This document shows, in pieces, positions 25,954-28,219 of a stretch of DNA of 28,219 nt. Source of the DNA: a virus (lineage: Duplodnaviria > Caudoviricetes); IMG/VR virus record IMGVR_UViG_3300045902_000486, positions 1 through 28,219 of that record; one strand, 5' to 3'. The position numbers were made by a program, and so were the translations under genes. The notes beneath the pieces are model-generated. The model worked only from the letters and a program-made list of their open reading frames with translations. It ran no database searches and was not told where the DNA came from. The stretch's first letter is position 1, and each line of letters opens with the position of its first letter.

Positions 25954-25961
25954 TATATTAG
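25954..25961 (+). promoter_or_regulatory. Possible -7 element giving a near-leaderless moron transcript
   Basis: TATATTAG ends 4 nt before ATG 25966. Confidence 0.4.
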
Positions 25962-25965
25962 CCGC

Positions 25966-26217
25966 ATGAAATACATCATCATAATAACAGCCGTAATATT
26001 ATCACTAGCAACAACTTCGTGCGATAAGTGTAAAAACTGTAAAGAACATACACAAATTATCACAAACAGGCCGATACCAGGATATCCGGTTAAAATTACA
26101 AAAGAGTATCAGGAGTGCGAAAAAGCCGATGAAATTCACAATACATCGGTAAAAAAAGTTACCAATGTTGGCGACACAATTGAGTACACAGAAACTGTAG
26201 TGTGGGAGTGTAAATGA
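25966..26217 (+). CDS. Small Cys-rich lipoprotein (moron)
   Basis: Signal peptide ending LATTSC, then DKCKNC…EC…EC. Confidence 0.75.
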   Translation: MKYIIIITAVILSLATTSCDKCKNCKEHTQIITNRPIPGYPVKITKEYQECEKADEIHNTSVKKVTNVGDTIEYTETVVWECK

Positions 26218-26750
26218 GAGTAAAATCAGTTGCTACAATAATCCTGTCATGTCTTAGCGCATTCATTTATGCGCAAGACGTTCTTAAGTTGAAGGATAAC
26301 GTGCCTGAACGTGTTAAAATTCTTTCAGAAAACAAGAATGAGTTGTACTTTATAATTTATGGTGACACAAACAATAAAATCAGAGTTGCACCCAAATTTG
26401 CGATAGATTATTTTAAATATAATGATACGCTTAGTTACGCTGATTCAACATTTATAAAATCAAATATTGGTTGGTCTATAAATGATGCTGATAGTATCCC
26501 ACTAACAAAGAGTTATAATTATAATGCCCGTAACAAACTTGCTGAAGCGGCCGATGTCTACAAAAAGAATTTGAACATTCGATTAGTTGCTGCATTATCA
26601 GGATCAGCATTAATTACTGTAGCGGCTCTAAGTGGTTTTAGTGTTTTGTATCCTGTTGTTGGTGTTGGGTTAGTTATAGTTTATGCTTATGTCATATCAA
26701 ATGATTATAAGTTTGCTAAGCTTTTGGCAGATGCTGCAATAAAGCCTTAG
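26214..26750 (+). CDS. Exported/membrane protein (moron)
   Basis: Signal peptide ending AFIYAQD; two C-terminal hydrophobic segments; ATGA-coupled. Confidence 0.75.
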   Translation: MRVKSVATIILSCLSAFIYAQDVLKLKDNVPERVKILSENKNELYFIIYGDTNNKIRVAPKFAIDYFKYNDTLSYADSTFIKSNIGWSINDADSIPLTKSYNYNARNKLAEAADVYKKNLNIRLVAALSGSALITVAALSGFSVLYPVVGVGLVIVYAYVISNDYKFAKLLADAAIKP

Positions 26751-26755
26751 CTCTA

Positions 26756-27964
26756 CTATATATTAAAAATCTTATCCATATTCATAATCTGTTTCTTTGC
26801 AGCATTCCGCGCCATGTGCACATAAATCATTGTTGCCCTTATATCGCTATGTCCAAGTATTTCCTGTAATACCACAACATCACCACCATTACTAATGAAT
26901 TGGGTAGCAAAAGTGTGCCGGGCAACATGAAAAGTTATATCTTTATTAATAATAGCGGATTTAGCAATACGTTTTAAAGATCTGTTCATTTCCTCTGCGC
27001 TGTAGTTTACAAAGTCACATTTTTTTAGCCACTGATAGTATTTACGGGCAGTTTCGTTTAAGTGTATTGTTACACGTTTACCAAGGCGTTGTGTTTTTAC
27101 AGGAATGAATGTAATACAACCATCTGAGTATCTCATTTCATGTAACCTTTGGCTGTCGCTTACACGAATACTTGTAAAGCATGCAAACAGAAATTTTGCA
27201 AGTGTTACTTTATCTGTCATTGTTATATTACCATTATCAAACAATTCGTTTAACTTTAATAATTCATCCACTTCCAGGAATGTACGACTGCCCTTAATTG
27301 ACTTAACTTTAATGACCTTAAAAGGGTTGTCTATCCTTACATTATTACGTTGTATAGCCAGATTGATGTACGTACGTATATGTGATTTTGCTTTTTGTCG
27401 CGTATTAAATGAATCATTAACCTGATTACGTCCTCTTTTACCGCAGCTACCAGCTAAGTATCTTTTATGCCAGCCATCAAACTTTTCAATAAAGTCAGGA
27501 GTTAGTTCAGAAAAAAGTATCGTGCGTTTATATTTCTTAAGCTTGGTAAGAGTGGACTTCTGACCTTTATATGTTCCCTTTGAAATAACATCGTACTTTA
27601 ACCTCCTTTCCAGTTCAGTTTCCATAAAGTTAATAAAGTCATTTCTGTTTGCCTGCCCTGAGTACTCATCTAGAAATTGTTTTGTTGATAGTTCTTTCTC
27701 CATTAAATGGTAGTCAACAAATATTTTGTTGGCTTTTGCCAATGCCTGTTCAATGATTAAATTATAGTCTTTCATCGATTCAGCTCCGGCTGTTACTCTT
27801 CTTTTTTGTTCATCCCAGTACTTAGGCTGTATGTATATGTTTAGTGAAACAACCTTTCTGGTTCCGTTTATAAAAAACTGAATGGCCACCGGTGCCATGC
27901 CATTTTTGGGGTTGAACTTATCTTTTCTCAGTATTACTGTGGCTGTACACTTGTTTTTACTCAT
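26756..27964 (-). CDS. int: Tyrosine recombinase / phage integrase
   Basis: N-terminal arm-binding domain, SAM-like domain, catalytic R (TSIRVSD), HVARHTFAT and LGHSDIRATMIY. Confidence 0.96.
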   Translation of the reverse strand: MSKNKCTATVILRKDKFNPKNGMAPVAIQFFINGTRKVVSLNIYIQPKYWDEQKRRVTAGAESMKDYNLIIEQALAKANKIFVDYHLMEKELSTKQFLDEYSGQANRNDFINFMETELERRLKYDVISKGTYKGQKSTLTKLKKYKRTILFSELTPDFIEKFDGWHKRYLAGSCGKRGRNQVNDSFNTRQKAKSHIRTYINLAIQRNNVRIDNPFKVIKVKSIKGSRTFLEVDELLKLNELFDNGNITMTDKVTLAKFLFACFTSIRVSDSQRLHEMRYSDGCITFIPVKTQRLGKRVTIHLNETARKYYQWLKKCDFVNYSAEEMNRSLKRIAKSAIINKDITFHVARHTFATQFISNGGDVVVLQEILGHSDIRATMIYVHMARNAAKKQIMNMDKIFNI

Positions 27965-28036
27965 GGGTGTAGTGGGTGTATTTTGGGTGTAGTTATGTAT
28001 TTTTATTAATCATTTTATTTGGTTGGGTGTAGTTAT
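27964..28036. repeat. Four TGGGTGTA direct repeats, probable integrase arm-type sites
   Basis: TGGGTGTA at 27964, 27973, 27984 and 28024; TTGGGTGTAGTTAT exact at 27983 and 28023. Confidence 0.7.
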
Positions 28037-28067
28037 ACTTCTATCGTAAATATCTGACTATTAGAAT

Positions 28068-28101
28068 AAAAAAAGCTGTTAATAGTAATTAACAGCTTTT
28101 T
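28068..28101 (-). terminator. Terminator downstream of the tRNA
   Basis: AAAAAGCTGTTAAT-AGTA-ATTAACAGCTTTTT; T run on the minus strand. Confidence 0.75.
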
Positions 28102-28103
28102 AG

Positions 28104-28177
28104 TGGTCCCGACAGGATTCAAACCTGTAACCTTCTGATCCGTAGTCAGATGCTCTATTCAGTTGAGCTACGGAACC
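28104..28177 (-). tRNA. tRNA-Arg(ACG), probable prophage attachment site; CCA not encoded
   Basis: Reverse complement GGTTCCGTAGCTCAACTGAATAGAGCATCTGACTACGGATCAGAAGGTTACAGGTTTGAATCCTGTCGGGACCA folds into a cloverleaf with anticodon ACG. Confidence 0.97.
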
Positions 28178-28195
28178 ATTCCGTAGAACGGGCTG

Positions 28196-28203
28196 CAAAT
28201 ATA
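28196..28203 (-). promoter_or_regulatory. -7 promoter element of the tRNA
   Basis: TATATTTG on the minus strand, 18 nt upstream of the tRNA. Confidence 0.7.
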
Positions 28204-28219
28204 GCCCTAAATGAATTTA

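Larger units (their letters stand above)
1..28103. mobile_element. Bacteroidota prophage (siphovirus-like), right-hand part; left end lies outside the window
   Basis: Terminase, portal, endolysin, tape measure and tyrosine integrase genes ending at a tRNA 3' end; Bacteroidota-type TAnnTTTG promoters and A-rich, SD-less leaders. Confidence 0.93.

Overview
This window holds the right-hand ~28 kb of a Bacteroidota siphovirus-type prophage. It ends in a tyrosine integrase (minus strand) beside a tRNA-Arg(ACG), the probable attachment site. The plus strand carries a probable tail tube gene, a methyltransferase and GT25 glycosyltransferase pair, small and large terminase, a portal, a head-tail connector, a lysis cassette, tail genes, the tape measure protein and two envelope morons. 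About 6.4 kb of accessory DNA separates terminase from portal. It contains a hairpin-dense non-coding tract, a two-gene DUF932 operon and a self-contained seven-gene operon (three small ORFs, SNF2-like ATPase, IbrA-like PAPS-reductase-family protein, IbrB-like ParB protein, a hypothetical protein) closed by an RHH regulator. Three non-coding signals stand out: a P4-CI/P1-C4-like antisense RNA with a 3' ACCA end (1101-1169), a four-copy phage-specific promoter motif TGTCCTTTA-N18-(-7-like box), and TGGGTGTA arm-type repeats next to the integrase. All family assignments come from motif recognition by eye; no database searches were run.
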